Of a stretch of 64,000 nt of DNA, positions 38,594 to 47,832 are shown piece after piece. Under the pieces are notes generated by a model. The model searched no databases. It was given only the letters and a program-made list of their open reading frames with translations, and was not told the origin of the DNA. Source of the DNA: an uncultured bacterium. Its GTDB lineage: Bacteria; JAGOEH01; CAYLKS01. Positions within the stretch are counted from its first letter, which is position 1. Each line of letters starts with the position of its first letter. The stretch covers positions 12,337-76,336 of the forward strand of contig CAYLKS010000003.1 in the NCBI GenBank assembly GCA_964384205.1. The letters are read 5' to 3'. Position numbers and translations under genes: made by a program.

Positions 38594-39325
38594 TTAATAA
38601 TAATTCCAAGAACTTCTATATCCAAACTCATCAAAATAATAATATTTTTCCTTTGACCTGACAAATATCTTTACAACAATAAGGCCAAAAACAAAGCCAC
38701 CAATATGAGCCCACCATGCAACTCCACCAACATTAGAAGGACTTGCTAATGCTATTAATCCTGATAAAAACTGAGAAAAAAACCATACAAATAAATAAAA
38801 AACTGCAGGTATAGCAATAAACATAGGATAAAAGAAAATTGGTACTAATGTAATTATATTTGCCCTTGGAAACAATACCATATAAGCACCTAACACACCT
38901 GCTATTGCTCCAGATGCACCAACTGTTGGTATAGTGGAATTATAATTAAATATAAAATGAACCAAACCCGCTATAATACCCGACAATAAATAAAAAACAA
39001 AAAATCGTAAATGCCCCATTCTATCCTCAACATTATCTCCAAAAATCCATAATGTCCACATATTACTAATCAAATGCATCCATCCTCCATGTAAAAACAT
39101 ACTCGTTACAAAAGGCCACCAATCATCAATTCGTAATCCAAGCCACATAGCCCATTGAGGATGAGAATATCTTGCAGGCACTACCCCAAAAATATAAAAT
39201 ATTTTATTCAATACATCTCTGGGTACAGATAACTCAAACATAAAAATAATAACATTTATGCCTATTATTAACCATGTAATTAATGGCGGTTTTCTCGTTG
39301 GAATAGTATCTTTAATTGGAAACAT
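38594..39325 (-). CDS. Rhomboid family intramembrane serine protease
   Basis: TSMFLHGGWMHLISNM, FGDNVEDRMG, GASGAIAG (Ser), WWAHIGGF (His). Confidence 0.95.
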   Translation of the reverse strand: MFPIKDTIPTRKPPLITWLIIGINVIIFMFELSVPRDVLNKIFYIFGVVPARYSHPQWAMWLGLRIDDWWPFVTSMFLHGGWMHLISNMWTLWIFGDNVEDRMGHLRFFVFYLLSGIIAGLVHFIFNYNSTIPTVGASGAIAGVLGAYMVLFPRANIITLVPIFFYPMFIAIPAVFYLFVWFFSQFLSGLIALASPSNVGGVAWWAHIGGFVFGLIVVKIFVRSKEKYYYFDEFGYRSSWNYY

Positions 39326-39334
39326 ATCTCCCCT

Positions 39335-40489
39335 TTATTTTTCTTTAGTTATATAAAACTTTTGAATCAATTTATCTATTCTTTTGACAACATCATTTTT
39401 TGATAATCCTATAGTCCTAACTAAAACATCTGATCCTCCAAACATCTTCAAGGCTTTAATTACTTTTTCTTTCTCAATAAGCTGTTCAAATACCATCATA
39501 ATTGGAATATTTCTCTCTTTTGCTTCATTAATCATATTAAGCCACTTTAATGAATCAAGTCCCCTCTTAACAGGATATAAACTGCTTATAAAAATATGTG
39601 GTGCAAATTTTATAATATGCACTCTTGCCTGGTCAGGATTATTAAAATATAATACATTATAATCATCTTTTATCAAATTATAAATACTATCTTTAATATC
39701 AAAAATTAAAATTCTATCATATTTTATAACTTCATTATCATTAACAGATGCACTATAAATAATTGGCTTAATATCCTTTTTCTCACTACTATGTTTCTCA
39801 GGAAAAGATTCCTTTAACAATTTCTTCTTTTCTTCTTTAGCTTGCTCCCTTAATTTATTGATAATAAAATCACTAATCTGTTTCTTAAAAACATTTTGAA
39901 TCTTTAAAAATTCTATACCTATTTTATATGAACTTACATTACGGATAATACATTCCTCAATTATAATATTAGAATTATCAATAAAAAAGAATAAATTATA
40001 TAACCTTCCTCCTGCTTTTAATTTATTATCAATTAATTGAATAGATGGTTTAAAAGCAAGCCCATTTTTACTTAAATCCATTAATTTCCCAATTTCAAAG
40101 GAATCTTCATCTTTGTGAAGCTCTCCAATCAATTTAAGATCTTCATCATTATAGTGAAATTTACTAAAATCTATCCGTACATCTCTTCTCTTAAAATGGA
40201 TACTATCTGGTATTTTAAAATAAAAAAATCCATCCTCTAAAGGTTTTATATTTGCAACAAAATTAAATAAATAACCTGAAAAGAAAAAAAATACTTCACC
40301 ATCAAATTTCTTATTAGGTAATTTACCAATAAATACTGTTATACTTTTTTTTTCAATACTATTTAACAAACCATAAAAAACTCTATCATTAATTTTTACT
40401 TCTATCTTTTCTCTTTGTTCCAGTAACTTCGAAAAAATTTTTATTATTTTTTCTTTATCTTTTATATTGCCAGCAATATCTTTTAACAT
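39335..40489 (-). CDS. PilZ-domain c-di-GMP receptor with degenerate C-terminal receiver domain
   Basis: KRRDVR (RxxxR-like) and MDLSKNGL (DxSxxG); C-terminal receiver-like fold lacking the acceptor Asp. Confidence 0.7.
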   Translation of the reverse strand: MLKDIAGNIKDKEKIIKIFSKLLEQREKIEVKINDRVFYGLLNSIEKKSITVFIGKLPNKKFDGEVFFFFSGYLFNFVANIKPLEDGFFYFKIPDSIHFKRRDVRIDFSKFHYNDEDLKLIGELHKDEDSFEIGKLMDLSKNGLAFKPSIQLIDNKLKAGGRLYNLFFFIDNSNIIIEECIIRNVSSYKIGIEFLKIQNVFKKQISDFIINKLREQAKEEKKKLLKESFPEKHSSEKKDIKPIIYSASVNDNEVIKYDRILIFDIKDSIYNLIKDDYNVLYFNNPDQARVHIIKFAPHIFISSLYPVKRGLDSLKWLNMINEAKERNIPIMMVFEQLIEKEKVIKALKMFGGSDVLVRTIGLSKNDVVKRIDKLIQKFYITKEK

Positions 40490-40536
40490 AATATTATAAA
40501 ATTACTATTAAAATAAAATTTGTCAATAAAAAAAAA

Positions 40537-41718
40537 CTAAAAATCGCTATATAAATTCAAATTAATCTTTTTTAACACATTATAATTAATATTAAAATCT
40601 TTACTTTTTAAAAAAAGAGCTAACTCTCTATCATTCTTTTTAGAAAAAATATTATAATAAAAATTGACTTTATATAAATATAAAAGATCTTCCTTTATAC
40701 TCTCATATTTTTTATCTGAATGTAAATATTTATAATACAAAAACTGATCTCTAATAACATAATTTATACTTTTCTTCAAAGAATGCTCTCTAATTTTTAC
40801 AGGAATATTATACCAATGAGAAAGAAAATCATACACAGTAATTTTTATATCCTTCACCTCTGCTATCACAATATTATTAAACTTATCAATATTTTTCAAA
40901 TAATCTATCCCTAACGCATCTCTTCCAATTTCTTTCTTTTTCAATAATTCAAATACTATATTTCTTAAAATATCAATAGCTTCTGAATTAATATAAACAG
41001 AATCTCCATACAAAGAATCTATAACAAATTTATCCAATAAATAATCGCTCTTAAACCTTATATATCTTTTTAAATATTTTCCATACCTAACCTTAAAATC
41101 ATAATCTTTCTTAATAATATTATCTCTAACATTCAAAACTCGTATAATATAATAACCATTAATATCTCTCACCACTTTAGAATAACTTCCAACCTTCAAA
41201 TTATATAATATATTTTGCAAAATCGAAGACAAAATAGAAGGTTTCACCCATTCTAATTTATAATATTTTATATTTTTATTTAAATTTATATCATCAACAT
41301 TAAAAAAATGCTTACTTTGATAAACTTCTATTAAAAACTCTTTATTCTGGAAATCATAAAATTTAGCTACCGTACTGGAATCTGGTACAGGAATTTTTTC
41401 AATAAAATTCTCCTCAATATAATTTTGTAAAGATAATTCTATTTTCTTTGCTCTATAAAATAAATTTCCTATTGTATCAAAAGGGATAATATTTTGTAGT
41501 GAATCCGCAATATAAAACTTATATATCATAAATTTAGCAAATTCAACTCTTAATGAATCAGAATCCACTTTGTTACTGAACTGCAAATATCTAAAATAAT
41601 CTTCTTTAAATTGAGATTTAGTTATACAGTAATTTTTATATGAAATAATACAATCTTCTTCTATTGTTTTACCACAAAACAAAATAAAAAAAACAATAAA
41701 AATAAAAAAGAATTTCAT
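40537..41718 (-). CDS. PrsA/SurA-like foldase, predicted lipoprotein
   Basis: FILFC lipobox-like; SurA-N-like helices; degenerate parvulin segment LYNLKVGSYSKVV...GYYIIRV. Confidence 0.6.
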   Translation of the reverse strand: MKFFFIFIVFFILFCGKTIEEDCIISYKNYCITKSQFKEDYFRYLQFSNKVDSDSLRVEFAKFMIYKFYIADSLQNIIPFDTIGNLFYRAKKIELSLQNYIEENFIEKIPVPDSSTVAKFYDFQNKEFLIEVYQSKHFFNVDDINLNKNIKYYKLEWVKPSILSSILQNILYNLKVGSYSKVVRDINGYYIIRVLNVRDNIIKKDYDFKVRYGKYLKRYIRFKSDYLLDKFVIDSLYGDSVYINSEAIDILRNIVFELLKKKEIGRDALGIDYLKNIDKFNNIVIAEVKDIKITVYDFLSHWYNIPVKIREHSLKKSINYVIRDQFLYYKYLHSDKKYESIKEDLLYLYKVNFYYNIFSKKNDRELALFLKSKDFNINYNVLKKINLNLYSDF

Positions 41719-41721
41719 ATA

Positions 41722-44700
41722 CTATTTTAAATAAATAATCTTAAATGTTTGTTTATAGTTACCATTATTAAATAATATAAAATATATCCCTGAGGACAAT
41801 ATTTTAGAAGGAACAAATTTAAAGTCATATACTCCTTTATTAAAAAATCTATCTTCAAACAAAGTATATACCAAACGACCAGAAATATCATAAATTTTTA
41901 AATTAGATTTTGCCGACGTTTTAAAAAAACATCTAATATTTAATACATCAGAAAAAGGATTGGGAAAAACTTTTAATAAGTTCTGATATCTATCGTTATT
42001 AACAATAACATCTTTATTTAAAGAATAATAATTAATATTCCCACTATTATCATAAACCTTCAAATATATCTCTAAAAATAATGAATCAGGATTATGCAAA
42101 GAAGTAAAATCAAAAGATAATATCTCTCCAGATTGAGAAACTTCAGGAAAATCTTTAGACAATCGAGCAAAATTTATTAAAATACTATTAGGAGTTTCAT
42201 AATTTAAAACAAGAGGAAAAGAAACATCACTCTTTAATAATTTTTCAGCCTTTATATTGGCTATTTTTAACGAATCATTTAAAACTCTAATATATAATTC
42301 TCCCCCCATAATAGGTTTTTTGCCATTACTAAAAAGCCTGAACTTTTTAACCTGCTCTATCTCATCTATGTCATAATAAAAAGAATTATCATTTTTAAAT
42401 AATTTGTTTTTATCAAGATGAAAAAGAATCTCAAAATTACTACTATACCAGCTATACATTTTTGCAAAAGCAATAATATCATCTGCGTTAAAACTGCCAT
42501 TTGGCTTGGAATACATATACGGTGGATTATTGCCCTTCCAATATACAATAGGAGCAATATCAGCAATAGGATCCTGTACCCCATTTTTCCCATTCCATCC
42601 TCTAACAAAAAGTAAAATATCATTTCCATCTATACGACCATCAGGAAAAGGTCTCAGATGAGGAGGATCGCCATAATTAAAAGTCATACTATCTGAATTT
42701 GCGATGTCTCCAACCATAGCACCAAAAATCAATAAATGTTCAGCAGCTAAACCATCTTCTGGTTCATCCCCTGTAGTATAATTCTTCACAGTTGAGCTAT
42801 CCAAATTAACATACATAGCAGAAATAAAATATCTTTTGCTCCTATCAGTTGATAGATAATCAATAACATTTGAATCAACTTCTATATTCATATAAGCAAA
42901 AATCCCCTCTCTTGTTACACCTGTTAAAGAATTAAGAAGAGAGGTAGATATTTCAAATTTCCCAGATGAATTTATAGCATCAATAGAAGAATAAGTAAAA
43001 AACACTTGTCCACCTAAATTATATCTTTCAAAAATAGGACCTTGAGAAATAGAAACAACTCTATAATGTGAAGTATCAATATATCCTTTCAAGTTTAAGC
43101 TGACAATATCATCAGGTTTTTTCAAATAAAAAGCTATTTCTCTATTCTGAGAAAAATTATTAACAATAATTCTATTATCAAAATCTAATCCATCAACAAT
43201 CGCAAATGTAGTTAAATTAGTATCATTTATAATTAAACGATATTTGCTATATTTCGCTACCTCCTGCCCATAATCATCTTTTACTAATGCCCATATATAC
43301 CCTGTATCAGGAAAAGCACTTAAAGTATTACTTATCTTCCAAGTATAATAACCTTTAGTAGGATTAATAGAAGAGTCTATTAAAATTTCATCGCCAGATA
43401 ATACAATTTCTGAATTATTTGTGTCAGGGTCAAAATATAACTTCATGGTACAATTAGATAAATTATCATCTTTTATAGAATAATATATTCTAAATGTTGA
43501 ATGCGGAGCAATCAATATATCGGCAGTATCGTATGGTGCATCAGGAGTTATATAATTAATTTCCGGAAGGCTATTTATAATTCCCTGAAACTTAGTTATT
43601 CGAGCGCCTGAAGAAGAAGTATCTGCAACATATACATCCACTTTATCAAGACCAATTTCTCCTTTACAAACAGAGATAGCACGTGGCTTGTATAATTTAC
43701 CTACTGTAATATCTGTACCATCTGAGGGCTCTCCTATCTCTTTTATTAAAATAGGTTCTAAATCTAAAGAAGGGTCCAATGCCCCTACGTCATTAAAAAC
43801 TTTAACAACACCTGAAATACTATCAATTGCATATAAATAAACATCTGCATAATCAACTGTAGAGGTATTATATTTTTGATATCTAAAAATATCAAGATCT
43901 AATATAACCATACTATCTGCAAAAGTATACAAATAATTCAACCTATAAGCGCCAAGAGTATCTCCTGTCAAATAAAATTTATGAATACCAATAGAATCTG
44001 CAATATAAACATCAATATAACCAGTTAAATTATTTCTCCTTGCAGCAACTGCTCTTGGTATCTTAATAACAGGCATGGAATGACTTGCAGCATAAGAACT
44101 ATCATATTGAAAAATATCCACTGAAACATAGGACTTTATTGTCAATGTTGAATCTGCTGGCGGAACCCACCCATGAATACCATTGCCAAAAAGAACTCTC
44201 GAAGAGAATCTATCAAAAGTATAAACTTTTGCAGTACTATCATATTTTTCCAAATCATCAACCTGAGTAAAAAGCTCAGAACCAACATACACAGTAATAG
44301 AGTCTAATTTTGCATATTCCCCATATGGAGATTCATTTATATAAAAACTCTGATTTGCAACACCTCCTCTCAATGTACCATTATAAGTCTGAGGGCCTGC
44401 AAAACTTAATTTGCCATCAGAATCAGCATTTCCATTAATAATCAATACTCTTTTTTTTGACCGATCACAGATAAATCCCATAACATCATTATGATTTGTA
44501 GAACCTATAAAATAAATATCTTCTGTTGTATCAATATAAGAACGATATCTATAATCATTACTTGATGGTGTCAAAGTAGACAACTCTGATTCATAGTCAA
44601 CATTATCAACCTTCAAAATATCTGATAATAATGTATTAGTAGGTCCTATCCTATCTGCTAAATACACATTAACATTAGAATTATCTACAGTCCCTGTATC

Positions 44701-45381
44701 CTGTGGCACAATTGAAATACTTTTTAAATAATTAAAACTACCATTTATTGAAGTTAACGTATTGCTAACTGCAGAACTATCCTCATAAAGTAAATATGTT
44801 TCAATTTTTACATCTGTAGTAGTCAATTGAGCTGCATTACCACCACCAAATAAAAATATCCCTTTATCCTTATCCAGAACATAATGATGTGCACCACTTG
44901 CAGAAGAATTAAAATTAGCAACTTCGCTCCATAACGCTCCATTAACATAAACATTTGTAGAATTATCTAAAATATCAAATTTGCTCAAATTTTTATCAAA
45001 ATAAATAAGATATACTGTATCTATTCCAGAATTATTTATAATAATTTCTAATGAATCGACAATGGGAGTATTCTCATTATCGCTATTAGTCAATATACCA
45101 CTATAAACAACCTGCATTCTAAACATGCTTGTCTTTGCTCGCCCCGCATCATTACAAAAAATCACAGGAGTTGCTATAGTAGAAGATGTTATATAATCAA
45201 TAACAACATCAAGTCCTGTTATATTTTTAAAAACTTCATTCTGATGCGCTATTGAAAAATACTTCCCATTATAAAAAACATCCCCATTAAACCATAAAAC
45301 AGGCTTATATGACACACTTACTTGAGAATAAACTATATTTAAAAATATCAACAGACAAAAAAGTATTTTATAAATTTTCAT
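41722..45381 (-). CDS. Large secreted multidomain protein: NHL-like propeller, baseplate-like inserts, cohesin-like, dockerin-like, Por/FlgD-type C-terminal sorting domain
   Basis: Signal peptide ending YSQ; repeated VYLAD/VYIAD/VYVAD blades with PRAVA/PRAIS; GD...DGRIDGND EF-hand-like loops; C-terminus FPNPFS...KIYDISGRLV...LSSGIYFI...K. Confidence 0.75.
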   Translation of the reverse strand: MKIYKILFCLLIFLNIVYSQVSVSYKPVLWFNGDVFYNGKYFSIAHQNEVFKNITGLDVVIDYITSSTIATPVIFCNDAGRAKTSMFRMQVVYSGILTNSDNENTPIVDSLEIIINNSGIDTVYLIYFDKNLSKFDILDNSTNVYVNGALWSEVANFNSSASGAHHYVLDKDKGIFLFGGGNAAQLTTTDVKIETYLLYEDSSAVSNTLTSINGSFNYLKSISIVPQDTGTVDNSNVNVYLADRIGPTNTLLSDILKVDNVDYESELSTLTPSSNDYRYRSYIDTTEDIYFIGSTNHNDVMGFICDRSKKRVLIINGNADSDGKLSFAGPQTYNGTLRGGVANQSFYINESPYGEYAKLDSITVYVGSELFTQVDDLEKYDSTAKVYTFDRFSSRVLFGNGIHGWVPPADSTLTIKSYVSVDIFQYDSSYAASHSMPVIKIPRAVAARRNNLTGYIDVYIADSIGIHKFYLTGDTLGAYRLNYLYTFADSMVILDLDIFRYQKYNTSTVDYADVYLYAIDSISGVVKVFNDVGALDPSLDLEPILIKEIGEPSDGTDITVGKLYKPRAISVCKGEIGLDKVDVYVADTSSSGARITKFQGIINSLPEINYITPDAPYDTADILIAPHSTFRIYYSIKDDNLSNCTMKLYFDPDTNNSEIVLSGDEILIDSSINPTKGYYTWKISNTLSAFPDTGYIWALVKDDYGQEVAKYSKYRLIINDTNLTTFAIVDGLDFDNRIIVNNFSQNREIAFYLKKPDDIVSLNLKGYIDTSHYRVVSISQGPIFERYNLGGQVFFTYSSIDAINSSGKFEISTSLLNSLTGVTREGIFAYMNIEVDSNVIDYLSTDRSKRYFISAMYVNLDSSTVKNYTTGDEPEDGLAAEHLLIFGAMVGDIANSDSMTFNYGDPPHLRPFPDGRIDGNDILLFVRGWNGKNGVQDPIADIAPIVYWKGNNPPYMYSKPNGSFNADDIIAFAKMYSWYSSNFEILFHLDKNKLFKNDNSFYYDIDEIEQVKKFRLFSNGKKPIMGGELYIRVLNDSLKIANIKAEKLLKSDVSFPLVLNYETPNSILINFARLSKDFPEVSQSGEILSFDFTSLHNPDSLFLEIYLKVYDNSGNINYYSLNKDVIVNNDRYQNLLKVFPNPFSDVLNIRCFFKTSAKSNLKIYDISGRLVYTLFEDRFFNKGVYDFKFVPSKILSSGIYFILFNNGNYKQTFKIIYLK

Positions 45382-45424
45382 AATAAAAAAGGAATGGATG
45401 CAATTTATTACAAAATTGCATCCA
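45382..45424 (-). terminator. Terminator-like hairpin immediately upstream of the 1219-aa gene
   Basis: 12-bp perfect stem TGGATGCAATTT/AAATTGCATCCA (45395-45424), then TTCCTTTTTTATT on the minus strand. Confidence 0.65.
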
Positions 45425-45456
45425 ATAAATTAAGCCGGCAAAACAAACAAAACGAA

Positions 45457-46086
45457 TTAAAACACAGAGATTAAAATTCCAATCTCATAAGATATAAAAT
45501 CAATATTAGAATATCTACTAGGAGTATAAATTTTAGAATAATGAATTTCAACATAAGGTTCAAAAGGAATAAACATCAACTTAAATCTTGAGCCTACAAC
45601 AGCATCAACACCATAAGATGAATCAAAATCAGAAAAATCTACATATTTCCTTAACTGTTCAATAGCCGGAATTACTGTTTTAGACTCGAAATCTAAATCA
45701 TATTTTCCAATCCCAAGCCCTGCATACGGCACTATTGGAATCAATGGAACACTTAATTTAAATTTACCATGGAATACATAAGATTTTATAGTTAAGTCAA
45801 ATTTTTGCCTAAAATCCATATTAAGAATATCTAATTCTAACATAAATGATTTTTTTATATATGAAGAAGAAAAATCAAAATCAAAAAAAGGTAACCCTGT
45901 AAACATTATTTTCCCATTATATTGTATACCTTTTATATCTACTAATTTAAAATTATCATAATATGTAGCTCCCTTATATGATGAATTACTTATGCCAAAA
46001 CCTGCCTTTATACCTAATATTGCATAATTATCTGATGTTAAAAACAAAACTCCAAAGACTATCCATAAATACAAATTTCTTTTCAT
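45457..46086 (-). CDS. Outer-membrane beta-barrel protein (OmpW/porin-like, ~8 strands)
   Basis: Signal peptide, GIKAG first strand, PYAGLGIG, alternating aromatic strands, terminal Phe; SD AGGAG. Confidence 0.75.
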   Translation of the reverse strand: MKRNLYLWIVFGVLFLTSDNYAILGIKAGFGISNSSYKGATYYDNFKLVDIKGIQYNGKIMFTGLPFFDFDFSSSYIKKSFMLELDILNMDFRQKFDLTIKSYVFHGKFKLSVPLIPIVPYAGLGIGKYDLDFESKTVIPAIEQLRKYVDFSDFDSSYGVDAVVGSRFKLMFIPFEPYVEIHYSKIYTPSRYSNIDFISYEIGILISVF

Positions 46087-46157
46087 ATTTTCTCCTGTAT
46101 AAATTTATATAAAAAAAACAAAATTGCAAGAAAAAAAATCCATAATTAAAAAAAGAC

Positions 46158-46185
46158 TTGATTTTTTCACCATAAATATTATATT
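46158..46185 (+). promoter_or_regulatory. Sigma70-type promoter of rpmB
   Basis: TTGATT-16-TATATT; SD AGGAG. Confidence 0.5.
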
Positions 46186-46224
46186 AGTTGAGCAATTAAA
46201 CAACAAAGAGAGGAGAATTTCCAA

Positions 46225-46416
46225 ATGGCTTACAGATGTGAAATTTGTGGAAAAAAACCACAGGTCGGTGCTACAATAAGTCATGCTCATAATGTGAACA
46301 AAAGAAGATTCTTACCTAATTTACAATCTGTTAACGCTATTGTTGACGGTAAAAGAAAAAAAATTAAAGTCTGCACTACATGTATAAAATCAGGCAGAGT
46401 CGTTAAAGCTATATAA
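46225..46416 (+). CDS. rpmB: 50S ribosomal protein L28 (Cys-containing form)
   Basis: CEICGK, SHAHN...RRFLPNLQ, KVCTTCIKSG. Confidence 0.97.
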   Translation: MAYRCEICGKKPQVGATISHAHNVNKRRFLPNLQSVNAIVDGKRKKIKVCTTCIKSGRVVKAI

Positions 46417-46444
46417 TAGCATAGGGGATCCCCTATGCTATTAT
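46413..46444. terminator. Perfect 32-bp palindrome between convergent stop codons (bidirectional terminator candidate)
   Basis: ATAATAGCATAGGGGATCCCCTATGCTATTAT; includes the TAA of rpmB and the TAA of the radical SAM gene at its two ends. Confidence 0.7.
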
Positions 46445-47829
46445 TCTGTATATTTGTAAATTGAGTCTTTAAAGTTAGATAATTCATATTGGATTTTTGC
46501 TTTTTTAATAGATTCAAAAGAGTAATTGATATTTAATTTTGATAGTTCTTTACGCAATTTTTGATATTGTTTTTTCAACACTTTTACATCTGCAAAAGGA
46601 TTATTTTCAAAAGGTGTTTTCTTCTTTGGAATAAAAGGATTAATAGATACCGAAATGCTTTTATCAAAATATTTTTTACTTTTTTCCAGAAACCTTATAA
46701 TCTTATTTTCTTCATCACTAAAACCAAAACCAATCATAAAATAATAACGAATTTTTTTTACTCCTGTTAATCTATTTATTAATTCCAGAGCATGAAATAA
46801 TTTTTCATCATCAAATTTTTTATTCAATTTATATCTATCCTCCTGACTTCCTGTTTCTGGAGCAAAAGTAATTGTGAACATATTATGCTTATCTATTAAA
46901 TAACATAATTCTTCATCTACAATCTCCGGTCTCAATGAAGAAAGACTTACAGTTTTATGCAAACTTAAAATATATTCTAAAATTTCTTTTAAATCAGGAT
47001 AAAAACCCAATGATGATGCCAAAAGCCCAATTTTTTCAACTTTTCTTAAATCTAAATTCTCTAACAATTCAATAATTTTATTTTTTCTAATAAAAATAGG
47101 ATATTTTTTCAAATAAGATGCTGCACAAAAGAAACAAAAAGAAGGACATCCCCTGCCAATCTCTATTAATAAATTACTTTTAAAATAACTCATAGAAGTT
47201 ATAATAGGAGAAAAAGGAATTAAGTCCATCTTTTTATTAACTTTAAATTTCTTCTCCTTAGAAAATTTTGAATAAATATTGTCCTTTTGAGAAATAGCCT
47301 CTATAAATTCAAATTTACTAATATTCCCTTGAATATCAAAAATACTTTTCAGATTTTGTAAAAAAATCTCAACCTCTCCAGCAACAACAAAATCAACAAA
47401 ATCAAGCAATATATCAGGAAATAAAGAAATAGCAATACCACCTGCAAAAATTATTGGGAAATTATCATCCCTATCTTTAGCTAAAAGAGGGATATTATTT
47501 AGCTTCAAAATATCGATAAAATTTAGATAATCTAATTCATAAGAAAAATGAAAAGCAATCATATCATATTTTGACCAATGCTGGCCAGTTTCTAATGAAA
47601 CTAAAGGGTCAGAAAAATCCCAAACAGCTCTATGACAACTAATAAACTCAATAGAATTTAGCTGGAAATAAACAAATTGCCATGCCAGAGAACTTATAGC
47701 AACTTTATAAAAATTAGGATAGACAAATAAAATTTTTATTGAACCTTTATTATAATTTACATCAGAAATTAAGGACTCCCGTTTTAATAATTCAAAACGA
47801 GAGCCCTTATTCAGGCAAGGACGGAGCAT
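46441..47829 (-). CDS. B12-binding-domain radical SAM protein
   Basis: YPNFY..AISSL, FAGG, GEVE, EIGRGCPSFCFFC (CxxxCxxC), FAPETGS, YFMIG, FIPK..TPF. Confidence 0.85.
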   Translation of the reverse strand: MLRPCLNKGSRFELLKRESLISDVNYNKGSIKILFVYPNFYKVAISSLAWQFVYFQLNSIEFISCHRAVWDFSDPLVSLETGQHWSKYDMIAFHFSYELDYLNFIDILKLNNIPLLAKDRDDNFPIIFAGGIAISLFPDILLDFVDFVVAGEVEIFLQNLKSIFDIQGNISKFEFIEAISQKDNIYSKFSKEKKFKVNKKMDLIPFSPIITSMSYFKSNLLIEIGRGCPSFCFFCAASYLKKYPIFIRKNKIIELLENLDLRKVEKIGLLASSLGFYPDLKEILEYILSLHKTVSLSSLRPEIVDEELCYLIDKHNMFTITFAPETGSQEDRYKLNKKFDDEKLFHALELINRLTGVKKIRYYFMIGFGFSDEENKIIRFLEKSKKYFDKSISVSINPFIPKKKTPFENNPFADVKVLKKQYQKLRKELSKLNINYSFESIKKAKIQYELSNFKDSIYKYTE

Positions 47830-47832
47830 TAA

